A stretch of 64,000 nt of DNA from Lachnospiraceae bacterium (lineage in GTDB: Bacteria > Bacillota > Clostridia > Lachnospirales > Lachnospiraceae), in the NCBI GenBank assembly GCA_045578645.1, contig JAZNKQ010000067.1, forward strand, positions 8,295 through 72,294. Reading direction: 5' to 3'. A model generated the notes under the pieces. That model was not told the DNA's origin, made no database searches, and saw only the letters and a list, made by a program, of their open reading frames with translations. Both the position numbers and the translations under genes were made by a program. Shown piece after piece: positions 45,143-58,900 of this stretch; within the stretch, counting starts at the first letter, position 1; each line of letters begins with the position of its first letter.

Positions 45143-45466
45143 ATGACTGACGAATTAATGGAGAAGCTTGAAGAAATTTCAATGATGATTATAGCGAATT
45201 CAGGGGCAGCGCGTTCAAACGCATTTGCTGCACTGGCAGAGGCAAAGCAGGGCAGATTCGAGGCTGCCGACGAGCTTTTAAAGGCTGCGGAGGAGAGTCT
45301 GCAGACAGCACATGAATCTCATAGAGAGCTGCTTAAGCTTGATGCAACCGGCGAAATTGAGAAGGTAAGTATTTTGCTTTGTCATGCGCAGGACCATCTG
45401 ATGGGCAGCGCTCTTGCAGGAGACCTGATAAAGGAAATGATATTGCTTTACAGGGATAAGAAATAA
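45143..45466 (+). CDS. PTS lactose/cellobiose-family EIIA
   Basis: 107 aa with the helical-bundle EIIA-Lac pattern (IIANSGAARS...HAQDHLM). GGAGG lies 5 nt upstream. Confidence 0.9.
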   Translation: MTDELMEKLEEISMMIIANSGAARSNAFAALAEAKQGRFEAADELLKAAEESLQTAHESHRELLKLDATGEIEKVSILLCHAQDHLMGSALAGDLIKEMILLYRDKK

Positions 45467-45482
45467 AACGAAGGGGGGTAGC

Positions 45483-45785
45483 ATGATGGACAGAAAAGTA
45501 TTGTTGATATGCGCAGGGGGTATGTCAACGGGAATTCTCATGAAGAAGATGGAGAAATACGCGGTTGAGCAGGGCTTTAATCTTCAGATTGAAGCTATCG
45601 GAATGTCGTCTTATGAGGAAGTCTGTAAAAACTATGATGTCATCTTACTCGGACCGCAGGTGTCCTATAAGAAGGCTGAAATAGAAGAGGTTACACAGAT
45701 GCCGATTGCCGTGATTGCGGCATATGATTATGCGGTGGGAAATGTAGCCAATATTATGAAACAGGTAGAAGAGCTCTATAAGTAA
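45483..45785 (+). CDS. PTS lactose/cellobiose-family EIIB
   Basis: Active-site Cys context KVLLICAGGMSTG. Confidence 0.9.
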   Translation: MMDRKVLLICAGGMSTGILMKKMEKYAVEQGFNLQIEAIGMSSYEEVCKNYDVILLGPQVSYKKAEIEEVTQMPIAVIAAYDYAVGNVANIMKQVEELYK

Positions 45786-45807
45786 TGTATTTTGAAAGGG
45801 GATAATT

Positions 45808-48578
<2,771 letters not shown>

Positions 48579-48604
48579 AGTTAAATTCTTCAAAATGGAG
48601 ACTA

Positions 48605-48700
48605 GTGTGAAAAATCATATATTATGATTTTTCACACAGCTATTTGTTTCTGAGCGAAAACAAATAGCCATTGCGGTATTCCTTGCGACAAGTCGCTCAG
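48605..48700 (+). repeat. conserved ~100-nt structured leader element, copy C (between the GH1 gene and ptsH)
   Basis: It has the same two hairpins and 3' segment as copies A and B, with 2 substitutions in the 35-nt core. Confidence 0.9.
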
Positions 48701-48714
48701 AAATGAGGATTGGT

Positions 48715-48981
48715 ATGGTTAAGAGAGAGGTTGAAATAATAAATAAGACAGGCCTGCATGCGCGCCCCGCATCAGATTTTGTCCTTAATGCCAAGAAATT
48801 TGAAAGTAAGATAACGGTCTGTAAAGAGGGCGGGGAGCCGGTTAATGCAAAATCAATTGTAAGGCTTCTTGCAGAGGGTATCGGACAAGGGGATAAAATT
48901 GAGATTACCGCAGCCGGTGAGGATGAAGCGGAAGCCCTTGACTGTCTGGCGGCATTGGTAGAAAGCGGATTCGGTGAGTGA
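48715..48981 (+). CDS. ptsH: phosphocarrier protein HPr
   Basis: 88 aa, with GLHARPA (His15) and NAKSIV (Ser46). Confidence 0.9.
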   Translation: MVKREVEIINKTGLHARPASDFVLNAKKFESKITVCKEGGEPVNAKSIVRLLAEGIGQGDKIEITAAGEDEAEALDCLAALVESGFGE

Positions 48982-49006
48982 TAAAAACGGGGAGGAGGTG
49001 AGCGTT

Positions 49007-50719
49007 TTGAAAAGCAGCAGAACAGCTTTAACGGGAAGCCCTGTTTCACCGGGTATTGCCGTGGCGAAAGCATATCTTTATTATCCCTTGGAGCTTGCCG
49101 TTGCAGAGGGGTATTTTGCGGCAGGAGAAGAGGAGGCGAATCTGAAGCATTTTCATGACGCACTCCGTCTTGCGGGAGAAGAGCTGGAAGACCTGTACGA
49201 AATGCTTTGCAAAGAGGATGCCGTCAAGGCGAAAATCTTTGCGGCACACAAGGAGATTCTTGAGGACGAGGAGATAATAGAGGAAATCAGGATGGCGATT
49301 GAAGATGACAGGATGAATCCGGATTTTGCCATCGACAAGGTATTTACGGAATTTGCGGGAATGCTGTCAAGAGTCGCAGACCCGCTGATTGCCGGAAGGG
49401 CTGCGGATTTGCATGATGTTAAGAAGCGTCTCGTCCGTATTTATCAGGGGAAGAGTGAAAAGAATCTGTCGGGGCTTACGGAGGATGTTATTGTTATAGC
49501 ACATGATTTGCTTCCGAGTGACACGGCAACCATGGACAGGGAACATGTAAAGGGCATTGTAACCGAAACGGGGGGGTATAATTCGCATTCGGCAATCCTT
49601 GCAAGGAGCTTCGGGATTCCTGCGGTACTCGGTGTGGGTGCGGTTATGTCGGAGATTCCTGATTTGGCGCTGCTGGCGGTAGATGCACTGACGGGAGAGC
49701 TTACGGTTAATCCGTCGGAGGAGGAAATTGCCTGCTGTGAGCAGAAAAGGAAGGCATTTTTGGAGGAGAAGCGAAAAGAGGAGCAGTATCTTGATAAGCC
49801 GGCGGTTATGAAGGACGGTACAAAAATAGGGCTGGGGATTAATGTCGGCTCACCGGAATTTGATATACCCAAAACACGGTTTGATTTTGTCGGATTGTTC
49901 AGGACCGAGTTTCTGTATATGGAAAACAGCTCGCTTCCGGATGAGGATGAGCAGTTCGAGGCCTATAAAAAGGCTCTGATTAGTGCAAAGGGACATCCGG
50001 TGACCTTGCGTACGCTTGATATCGGAGGAGATAAGACCCTTCCGTATATGAAGCTGCCCGCAGAGGAGAATCCTTTTCTCGGTAAGCGTGCGCTGCGTCT
50101 TTGTCTGGCAGAAAGGGAGATGTTTATGACACAGCTTCGTGCCGCGTTAAGAGCATCTGCCTTCGGACCGCTTAAGCTGATGTTCCCGATGGTAGGCAGC
50201 ATAGAGGATATAATAAGTGCGAAGTGCTGTGTGGAGCTTGCAAAGGATGAGCTCTCAAGGGAAGGGATTCCCTTCGACCGTGATATTAAAATTGGAATAA
50301 TGATAGAGGTTCCATCCATAGCGCTGATTGCGGACCTGGCAGCAGCCGAGGTGGATTTTGCGAGCATAGGCTCGAATGATCTGACACAGTACATAAGTGC
50401 GGCGGATCGCATGAATCCTGAGGTGACACCCTATTATCAGAATTATTCTCCGGCAATGCTGCGTCTGCTCGGATTTGTTTTTGATGCCTTTAATGCATGC
50501 GGAAAGGAAATTTCCGTATGCGGTGAGATGGCAGGGAGCCCGCGTGCTGCGGTTGCACTTGTAGGACTCGGAGCTAAAAGGCTTAGTATGAGTGCGGCTA
50601 ATGTTGCGGGGGTAAAGGCTGCGCTGGCGGGTGTAAGTCTGAGTGATGCCGAAAGAATCGCATCAGAATGCAGATGCATGAAAACCGAAAAAGAGATTAA
50701 GGAATTTCTGGGGATATAA
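49007..50719 (+). CDS. ptsI: phosphoenolpyruvate-protein phosphotransferase (PTS enzyme I)
   Basis: GSPVSPGIAV..., GGYNSHSAILARS (phospho-His) and a PEP-utilizing C-terminal domain. The TTG start at 49007 lies 8 nt after GGAGGAGG; the in-frame GTG at 48974 is an alternative. Confidence 0.9.
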   Translation: MKSSRTALTGSPVSPGIAVAKAYLYYPLELAVAEGYFAAGEEEANLKHFHDALRLAGEELEDLYEMLCKEDAVKAKIFAAHKEILEDEEIIEEIRMAIEDDRMNPDFAIDKVFTEFAGMLSRVADPLIAGRAADLHDVKKRLVRIYQGKSEKNLSGLTEDVIVIAHDLLPSDTATMDREHVKGIVTETGGYNSHSAILARSFGIPAVLGVGAVMSEIPDLALLAVDALTGELTVNPSEEEIACCEQKRKAFLEEKRKEEQYLDKPAVMKDGTKIGLGINVGSPEFDIPKTRFDFVGLFRTEFLYMENSSLPDEDEQFEAYKKALISAKGHPVTLRTLDIGGDKTLPYMKLPAEENPFLGKRALRLCLAEREMFMTQLRAALRASAFGPLKLMFPMVGSIEDIISAKCCVELAKDELSREGIPFDRDIKIGIMIEVPSIALIADLAAAEVDFASIGSNDLTQYISAADRMNPEVTPYYQNYSPAMLRLLGFVFDAFNACGKEISVCGEMAGSPRAAVALVGLGAKRLSMSAANVAGVKAALAGVSLSDAERIASECRCMKTEKEIKEFLGI

Positions 50720-50796
50720 AATATACTTGCAATGATGTCGGTAATCCTTTTATAATATAATTAAGTATGCATATTTTACGGAAAGGAGACCGGATT

Positions 50797-51231
50797 ATGT
50801 CAATTGCTTTAGCCTCACGTGTGCGTAATGAGATGTGCTATATTCAGATATGCATTGATGAATATGAAGAAGGCGAAATCTGCGGTCGCCTTTACAATGC
50901 ATATTACAGCGATGCCATTTTTTTTGATAACGGAATGGAAATGATTAGAAAAATGGACGCGATATTTGACCAGTTCGGCTATCCGCGCCCGACTATGGAT
51001 CTGAGAAGCTTTCGCGATGAGGAGACTCCCAAGCTTCCGCGTCTTAAGTGTTCACCCATGACTGTATTGAAGAAGCATACATCACGGGGAAAACTTGCCA
51101 CGTTTAAGACCAGAATAATGTTCCGTCAGAATGCGAGCTGGCAGGGGCTGGTTAAGTGGCTTGAGGAGGATGTGGAGGAGAACTTTGCAAGCATGCTTGA
51201 GCTTCTCATGCTGATGAACAGTATATTTTAG
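50797..51231 (+). CDS. hypothetical protein
   Basis: 144-aa ORF with an AAGGAG SD. No family recognised. Confidence 0.4.
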   Translation: MSIALASRVRNEMCYIQICIDEYEEGEICGRLYNAYYSDAIFFDNGMEMIRKMDAIFDQFGYPRPTMDLRSFRDEETPKLPRLKCSPMTVLKKHTSRGKLATFKTRIMFRQNASWQGLVKWLEEDVEENFASMLELLMLMNSIF

Positions 51232-51243
51232 GGGAATGAATTA

Positions 51244-51789
51244 TTGAAGAAGAGTTTGATTAACATTGGTTTGATCGGAATAAACGGGTTAATGTGGGCG
51301 GTATGTGTTCTCATGTTCGGGATGAGTGCGGATACCGTTCTTATGTGTCTGCTGTGCAGCGCACTGGTTGTCGTGAGTATTTATGACTGCCGGGAGCGGA
51401 TTATTCCGCTTTGGATAAACCTGTTTATTTTCCTGCTGGGAGCCGTGCGGCTTTTTATGAATATTGAATTCTGGTATGATTATGCGGCCGGCTTTTTTAT
51501 CGTAAGTGCCTTTTTGCTTATTATGTACTATATAACAAAGGGGAAGTCGGTCGGAGGCGGAGATATAAAGCTTGTTGCCGTAACGGGACTGTTTCTCGGA
51601 TGGAAGTATATACTCGTGGCATTTATTATCGGGTGCTTAGCAGCGTGCATAATTCACCCTGTAAGAATGCGCCTGTTCGGAAGGGGACGCGAGCTTGCAC
51701 TCGGTCCGTATCTTTCGTTCGGAGTAATCATTACATTGTGGTTCGGAAATTTCATATTGGGAAAATATCTCGAATTGTTTGCTGTATGA
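51244..51789 (+). CDS. A24-family prepilin peptidase (no methyltransferase domain)
   Basis: Two Asp motifs (IYDCRERIIP and GGGDIKL) in a polytopic protein, with a TTG start. Confidence 0.7.
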   Translation: MKKSLINIGLIGINGLMWAVCVLMFGMSADTVLMCLLCSALVVVSIYDCRERIIPLWINLFIFLLGAVRLFMNIEFWYDYAAGFFIVSAFLLIMYYITKGKSVGGGDIKLVAVTGLFLGWKYILVAFIIGCLAACIIHPVRMRLFGRGRELALGPYLSFGVIITLWFGNFILGKYLELFAV

Positions 51790-51832
51790 TATTTCGTGGG
51801 TATTGGTAAAGAAAAAGCTGTCAATAATTTTA

Positions 51833-51861
51833 TTGACAGCTTGCCTTATTTATGATATTAT
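51833..51861 (+). promoter_or_regulatory. sigma-A promoter upstream of rpoB
   Basis: TTGACA, a 17-nt spacer, then TATTAT. The -35 is embedded in the 3' arm of the hairpin AGCTGTCAATAA/TTATTGACAGCT. Confidence 0.5.
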
Positions 51862-52080
51862 GAAAAGTGCACATTTGTCGTCAATATGCCTACTCATACC
51901 TAGTATAGCATATATGGCTTCAAATGAAAAGACTTTTTTAAAAATTTTTCATCAAAATACACAAGATAAGCCTTTTTGTGAGAAAAGGTTAGTTTTCTTG
52001 TGGCTTTTGTGTGAATATTTAAATGTTTTTACTGGTTACATAAGTAATACCTATAATAATTTCAAGGGGTGAAAACGTCA

Positions 52081-55000
52081 ATGATGGAAAAAAACAGAAT
52101 ACGTCCAATCCATGTCGGTAAAGGCGTAAGAATGAGCTACTCGAACCAGAAGGAAGTTTTGGAAATGCCCAATCTTATTGAGGTTCAGAAGGATTCCTAC
52201 AGATGGTTTCTGGAGGAAGGACTTAATGAGGTTTTCAGGGATATTTCTCCGATTGAGGACTATAACGGACATCTCAGTCTTGAGTTCATAAGCTTCCAGC
52301 TGTGCGAGGACGACGCAAAGTATTCGATAGAAGAATGTAAAGAAAGAGATGCTACTTATGCGGCTCCCTTGAAGGTTAAGGTAAGGCTTCATAATAAAGA
52401 AGATGAAGAAGTAATAAAGGATCACGAGATTTTCATGGGCGATTTCCCGCTTATGACAGAAACCGGAACCTTTGTTATTAACGGCGCGGAAAGAGTTATC
52501 GTAAGCCAGCTGGTACGTTCTCCCGGCATCTACTACGAGATTTCACATGACAAGCTTGGTAAGAGACTTTTCGCATGTACGGTTATCCCCAGCCGTGGTG
52601 CGTGGCTTGAGTATGAGACTGATTCAAACGATGTATTTTATGTACGTGTAGACCGTAACAGAAAGGTTCCGATTACGGTATTTCTTCGTGCTCTGGGTGT
52701 CGGAACAGCTAACCAGATTAAGGAGATGTTCGGTGAGGAGCCTAAGATTCTGGCATCACTCGGTAAGGACCCTTCGGAAGAAGACAATTACGAGTCCGGT
52801 CTTAAGGAGCTTTATAAAAAGCTTCGTCCCGGTGAGCCTATTTCTGTTGAAAGCGCAGAGTCTCTCGTAAAGAGCATGTTCTTTGATGCAAGACGTTATG
52901 ATCTTGCCAAGGTCGGCAGATACAAGTTTAATAAGAAGCTTGCACTCCGTAACAGAATAGTCGGATTTGCACTGGCTGAAGATGTAATAGATAAGACAAC
53001 GGGTGAGATAATTGCGGAAGCAGGAACAAGAGTAACAGAGGAGCTTGCCGTACAGATTCAGAACGCAGCCGTATTCTCTGTTCTTATCCAGACCGAGGAG
53101 AGAAACATTAAGGTTCTCAGTAATCTTATGGTTGACCTTGCTGCGCATGTTCCTTTTGCATGCGATGATAAGGTTAAGGCAGCTCTCGGAATAACAGAGG
53201 ATGTATATTATCCTGCACTTAAGGAATTACTTGAGCAGTTCAGTGACGAAGAGGAGCTTAAGGAAGCTATTAAGCGTCATGTGAACGAGCTTATTCCCAA
53301 GCATATTACAAGAGAAGATATTTTCGCTTCAATTAACTATAACATGCATATCGAATATGGTATCGGCCATAAGGATGATATCGACCACCTCGGTAACAGA
53401 CGTATCCGTGCGGTAGGTGAGCTCCTTCAGAACCAGTACCGTATCGGTCTTTCCAGAATGGAAAGAGTTGTTCGTGAGAGAATGACAACACAGGATCTTG
53501 AGGGTGTAAGTCCTCAGTCCCTGATTAATATTAAGCCCGTAACCGCAGCAGTTAAGGAGTTCTTCGGAAGCTCACAGCTGTCACAGTTCATGGACCAGCA
53601 CAATCCTCTTGGTGAGCTTGCTCATAAGAGACGTCTTTCGGCACTCGGACCCGGAGGTCTTTCAAGAGACCGTGCAGGTTTCGAGGTTCGAGACGTACAC
53701 TATTCACATTACGGAAGAATGTGTCCCATTGAGACACCCGAAGGTCCTAACATCGGTCTTATTAACTCACTTGCATCATATGCAAGAATTAATGAATACG
53801 GCTTTATTGAAGCACCCTATCGTAAGCTTGATAAAACCGATCCTCAGAATCCCCGCGTAACCGATGAGGTTATTTATATGACTGCGGATGAAGAGGATAA
53901 GTACGTAGTTGCACAGGCTAACGAGCCGCTTGACGAGAACGGATACTTTATTAATAACAATATATCCGGACGTTTTAAGGCAGATACATCACAGTTCCTT
54001 AAGTCAAAGATCGACTTCATGGACGTATCTCCCAAGATGGTATTCTCTGTTGCAACAGCGCTGATTCCTTTCCTTGAGAACGACGATGCTAACCGTGCCC
54101 TCATGGGCTCTAACATGCAGCGTCAGGCAGTTCCGCTTCTCAGAACTCAGGCTCCCGTTGTCGGAACCGGTATGGAGAAGAAGACAGCTGTTGACTCAGG
54201 TGTTTGCGTACTTTCAAAGCATGCGGGACGTGTTGAGCGTTCTACTGCTTCATGCATAACCATTCGTAACGAGGACGGAACCCGTTCGGATTACAAGCTT
54301 CTTAAGTTCACAAGAAGTAACCAGGGTACCTGCATCAATCAGCGTCCTATCGTTAATAAGGGTGACATTGTTGAGGCCGGACAGGTAATTGCTGATGGTC
54401 CTTCAACCTCATTCGGTGAGCTTGCTCTCGGAACAAATCCGCTTATCGGATTCATGACCTGGGAAGGCTACAACTACGAGGATGCGGTTCTCCTTAGTGA
54501 GAGACTTGTGCAGGAGGATATATATACATCTGTTCATATTGAGGAATATGAGGCAGAGGCCCGTGACACCAAGCTCGGACCGGAAGAGATAACACGTGAT
54601 GTTCCCGGCGTTGGTGATGATGCGCTTAAGGATCTTGATGAGCGCGGTATCATCCGTATCGGTGCTGAGGTTCGTGCGGGAGATATTCTTGTTGGTAAGG
54701 TAACTCCTAAGGGAGAGACTGAGCTTACGGCTGAGGAGAGACTTCTCCGTGCAATCTTTGGTGAGAAGGCAAGAGAAGTAAGAGATACATCACTTCGTGT
54801 ACCTCACGGTGAGTACGGAATTATTGTTGATGCTAAGGTGTTTACACGTGAAAACGGCGATGAGCTTCCTCCCGGAGTAAACCAGAGCGTTCGTGTATAC
54901 ATTGCACAGAAGAGAAAGATTCAGGTCGGCGATAAGATGGCAGGCCGTCACGGTAACAAGGGTGTTGTTTCCCGCGTATTACCTGTTGAGGATATGCCTT

Positions 55001-55947
55001 TCCTTCCCAACGGAAGACCGCTTGATATCGTTCTTAACCCCCTGGGCGTTCCTTCACGTATGAATATCGGACAGGTGCTTGAAATCCATCTGAGCCTTGC
55101 TGCAAAGGTTCTTGGTTTCAATATTGCAACACCCGTATTCGACGGAGCAAACGAGTTTGATATCATGGATACTCTTGAGATGGCAAATGACTACGTTAAT
55201 ACACCTCTTGAGGATTTCCAGAAGAAATATAAGGATTGTCTTGATGAAGAAACCATGGAATATCTGGTTACAAATCAGGATTATCGTAAGCAGTGGGAAG
55301 GTGTTCCCATTAACCGTGACGGAAAGGTAAGACTTCGTGACGGACGTACGGGTGAGTACTTTGACGGTGCTGTTACCGTCGGCTTCATGCACTATCTGAA
55401 GCTTCACCATCTGGTTGACGATAAGATTCATGCACGTTCAACCGGTCCTTACTCACTTGTTACCCAGCAGCCTTTGGGCGGCAAGGCACAATTCGGCGGA
55501 CAGCGTTTTGGTGAGATGGAGGTTTGGGCACTCGAGGCATATGGTGCTGCTCATGTACTTCAGGAAATTCTTACCGTTAAGTCTGATGATGTTACCGGAC
55601 GTGTAAAGACCTATGAGGCAATCATAAAGGGAGAGAATATCTCCGAACCGGGTATACCGGAGTCCTTCAAGGTGCTCTTAAAGGAGCTTCAGTCACTTGC
55701 ACTTGATGTTACCGTTCTTGATGAGAACGGCAGTGAAGTTAAGCTGACAGAGGACATCGATTACGGTGAGGGCGACGGCTCTTCATGGCAGGAAGGCAAT
55801 GAAGGCTATGATGCAAGCTATGATGAGAATTACGGCAATGCAGGCTACACCGAAATCGGACCTGACGAAGCAGACAGCTATTTCGACTCCTATCAGGAGG
55901 ATAATATGTTTTCTGACCTCGACGAGCATTACGATGACAAAGAATAA
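52081..55947 (+). CDS. rpoB: DNA-directed RNA polymerase subunit beta, with an acidic/Tyr-rich C-terminal extension
   Basis: Full-length RpoB homology. The start at MMEKNRIRP follows AAGGGGTGA. Confidence 0.97.
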   Translation: MMEKNRIRPIHVGKGVRMSYSNQKEVLEMPNLIEVQKDSYRWFLEEGLNEVFRDISPIEDYNGHLSLEFISFQLCEDDAKYSIEECKERDATYAAPLKVKVRLHNKEDEEVIKDHEIFMGDFPLMTETGTFVINGAERVIVSQLVRSPGIYYEISHDKLGKRLFACTVIPSRGAWLEYETDSNDVFYVRVDRNRKVPITVFLRALGVGTANQIKEMFGEEPKILASLGKDPSEEDNYESGLKELYKKLRPGEPISVESAESLVKSMFFDARRYDLAKVGRYKFNKKLALRNRIVGFALAEDVIDKTTGEIIAEAGTRVTEELAVQIQNAAVFSVLIQTEERNIKVLSNLMVDLAAHVPFACDDKVKAALGITEDVYYPALKELLEQFSDEEELKEAIKRHVNELIPKHITREDIFASINYNMHIEYGIGHKDDIDHLGNRRIRAVGELLQNQYRIGLSRMERVVRERMTTQDLEGVSPQSLINIKPVTAAVKEFFGSSQLSQFMDQHNPLGELAHKRRLSALGPGGLSRDRAGFEVRDVHYSHYGRMCPIETPEGPNIGLINSLASYARINEYGFIEAPYRKLDKTDPQNPRVTDEVIYMTADEEDKYVVAQANEPLDENGYFINNNISGRFKADTSQFLKSKIDFMDVSPKMVFSVATALIPFLENDDANRALMGSNMQRQAVPLLRTQAPVVGTGMEKKTAVDSGVCVLSKHAGRVERSTASCITIRNEDGTRSDYKLLKFTRSNQGTCINQRPIVNKGDIVEAGQVIADGPSTSFGELALGTNPLIGFMTWEGYNYEDAVLLSERLVQEDIYTSVHIEEYEAEARDTKLGPEEITRDVPGVGDDALKDLDERGIIRIGAEVRAGDILVGKVTPKGETELTAEERLLRAIFGEKAREVRDTSLRVPHGEYGIIVDAKVFTRENGDELPPGVNQSVRVYIAQKRKIQVGDKMAGRHGNKGVVSRVLPVEDMPFLPNGRPLDIVLNPLGVPSRMNIGQVLEIHLSLAAKVLGFNIATPVFDGANEFDIMDTLEMANDYVNTPLEDFQKKYKDCLDEETMEYLVTNQDYRKQWEGVPINRDGKVRLRDGRTGEYFDGAVTVGFMHYLKLHHLVDDKIHARSTGPYSLVTQQPLGGKAQFGGQRFGEMEVWALEAYGAAHVLQEILTVKSDDVTGRVKTYEAIIKGENISEPGIPESFKVLLKELQSLALDVTVLDENGSEVKLTEDIDYGEGDGSSWQEGNEGYDASYDENYGNAGYTEIGPDEADSYFDSYQEDNMFSDLDEHYDDKE

Positions 55948-55963
55948 TTAACTTGGAGGGAGA

Positions 55964-58900
55964 ATGCAGATGATGTCTACAGATATGAATATGGATACTG
56001 TCAGGGAAATTAATTACGAGGCAATCAGAATCGGCCTTGCTTCCCCTGAGAAGATTCGTGAATGGTCTAGAGCAGAGGTTAAGAAGCCGGAGACTATAAA
56101 TTACAGAACATTAAAGCCTGAGAAGGACGGTCTGTTCTGTGAAAAGATTTTCGGACCCAGCAAGGATTGGGAGTGTCACTGCGGAAAGTACAAGAAAATC
56201 CGTTTTAAGGGTGTTGTATGTGACCGTTGTGGCGTAGAGGTTACCAAGGCAAGCGTAAGACGTGAGAGAATGGGTCACATCGAGCTTGCGGCACCGGTAT
56301 CGCACATTTGGTATTTCAAGGGTATTCCCAGCCGTATGGGACTTATGCTTGATCTTTCTCCGAGAACACTCGAGAAGGTTCTGTACTTCGCATCCTATAT
56401 CGTACTTGATAAGGGTGAGACAGATTTGCAGTATAAGCAGGTACTCAACGAGAAGGAATATACCGAGGCAAGAGAGAAATACAAGGATAAGAAGTTCCGT
56501 GTAGGAATGGGCGCAGAGGCCATTATGGAGCTTCTTAAGGATATAGATCTCGAGAAGGATTCTGCAGAGCTTAAGGCAGAGCTTAAAAACTCAACAGGCC
56601 AGAAGCGTGCAAGAATTATCAAGAGACTTGAGGTTGTAGAGGCATTCAGAGAGTCAGGAAACCGTCCCGAATGGATGATTATGACTGTTATTCCGGTGCT
56701 TCCGCCCGATCTTCGTCCCATGGTTCAGCTGGAGGGCGGACGTTTTGCAACCTCAGATATGAACGATTTATATCGTCGTATAATTAACAGAAATAATCGT
56801 CTTAAGAGACTCCTTGAGCTGGGAGCTCCCGATATCATTGTAAGAAATGAAAAGCGTATGCTTCAGGAAGCCGTTGATGCACTTATTGACAACGGAAGAA
56901 GAGGCAGACCTGTTACAGGTCCCGGAAACCGTCCGCTTAAGTCACTTTCTGATATGTTAAAGGGTAAGCAGGGTCGTTTCCGTCAGAACCTTCTCGGAAA
57001 GCGTGTTGACTATTCCGGACGTTCTGTTATCGTAGTAGGACCCGAGCTCAAGATATATCAGTGCGGTCTTCCTAAGGAGATGGCAATTGAGCTGTTTAAG
57101 CCCTTCGTTATGAAGGAGCTTGTTGAGCGCGGAACCGCTCATAATATTAAGTCAGCAAAGAAGATGGTCGAAAGACTTCAGAATGAGGTATGGGACGTTC
57201 TTGAGGACGTTATCCGTGAGCATCCCGTAATGCTTAACCGTGCTCCTACACTTCACAGACTCGGTATTCAGGCATTTGAGCCCATTCTTGTTGAGGGTAA
57301 GGCAATTAAGCTTCATCCGCTTGTATGTACCGCATTCAATGCAGACTTCGACGGAGATCAGATGGCTGTCCATCTTCCTCTGTCAGTTGAGGCGCAGGCT
57401 GAGGCACGTTTCCTCATGCTTTCACCCAACAACCTGCTGAAGCCTTCAGACGGTGGCCCCGTTGCAGTTCCTTCACAGGATATGGTACTTGGTATTTACT
57501 ACCTTACTCTTATGAAGGACGGAGATCTTGGTGAGGGTAAGATATTCAAGAACATAAACGAAGCTATTCTTGCTTACGAGAACGGAGCAATTACTCTTCA
57601 CGCAAAGATTAACGTAAGACGTGAGGGTATTTTCCCTGAGACCGGTGAGAAGATTACAAAGGTTATTCAGTCAACTCTCGGACGCTTTATCTTCAACGAG
57701 ATTATTTCACAGGATCTTGGCTATGTTGACAGAACAAATCCTGAGAATTACCTTGATCTTGAGGTTGATTTCCTTGTTAAGAAGAAGGAGCTTAAGGGAA
57801 TTCTTGAGAAGTGCATTAACACACACGGCGCTACAATGACCGCTGAGACACTTGATGCGATTAAGGCGCTGGGATATAAATACTCGACAAGAGCAGCAAT
57901 GACTGTTTCGATTTCGGATATGACAGTTCCTCCTGCAAAGAAGGATATTATTGCCAATGCCGAGGAGACAATTGACTTCATTTCGAAGAAGTTCCGTCGC
58001 GGTATGCTTACTGAAGCGGAAAGATATAAGACAGTTATCGAAACCTGGAAGGCTGCCGATGACAGCATTACCAAGGAGCTGATGGCAGGTCTTGATAAGT
58101 ACAACAACATCTTCATGATGGCTGATTCAGGAGCACGTGGTTATGACAAGTAGTTTAAGCAGCTTGCCGGTATGCGTGGACTTATGGCAGATACATCAGG
58201 TAAGACTATCGAGTTGCCTATTAAGGCTAACTTCCGTGAGGGTCTTGACGTTCTGGAATACTTCATTTCAGCTCACGGTGCAAGAAAGGGTCTTTCCGAT
58301 ACAGCGCTCAGAACTGCCGATTCAGGATACCTTACACGTCGTCTTGTTGACGTTTCACAGGATCTTATTATTCGTGAGAATGATTGCTGTGAGGGCAGTG
58401 AGGAAGTTCCCGGAATGTGGATTAAGGCATTTGCTGACGGTAAGGAAGTTATCGAGAGCCTTAAGGAGCGTATTACAGGAAGATTTGCATGTGAAACTCT
58501 TTATGATGATAACGGTGAAGTTATCGTTGAGAAGAATCATATGATTACTCCCAAGCGTGCTGCACGTATTGTTGCAACCAAGAGCATTGCGGAGAAGGGC
58601 TTTGCAGCAAGCATCAAGATTCGTACCGTTCTTACCTGTAAGTCACATCTCGGTGTCTGCGCTAAGTGTTACGGTGCTAACATGGCTACAGGTGAGCCTG
58701 TTCAGGTTGGTGAGGCAGTCGGTATTATTGCGGCACAGTCAATCGGTGAGCCCGGTACACAGCTTACAATGCGTACCTTCCATACCGGTGGTGTTGCGGG
58801 CGATGATATCACACAGGGTCTTCCCCGTGTCGAGGAGCTTTTCGAGGCAAGAAAGCCGAAGGGACTTGCAATCATTGCAGAGTTCGGCGGTACGGTTGCC

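Noticed and set aside
48615-49163. A 182-aa minus-strand ORF spanning leader copy C, ptsH and the ptsI start.
   Set aside because: It is antisense to two strongly supported genes, and its Pro/Ser/Arg-rich composition is typical of a shadow ORF.
58151-58172. A naturally split rpoC (as in cyanobacterial rpoC1/rpoC2 or archaeal A'/A''), or pyrrolysine decoding of the TAG.
   Set aside because: - No SD precedes the downstream ATG, and conserved residues (FKQLAG) lie between the stop and that ATG.
- The break is not at the split point I recall for cyanobacteria.
- No pyl genes are visible in the window, and TAG clearly terminates other genes here.
- It is kept as a finding because the cause cannot be resolved from the sequence alone.
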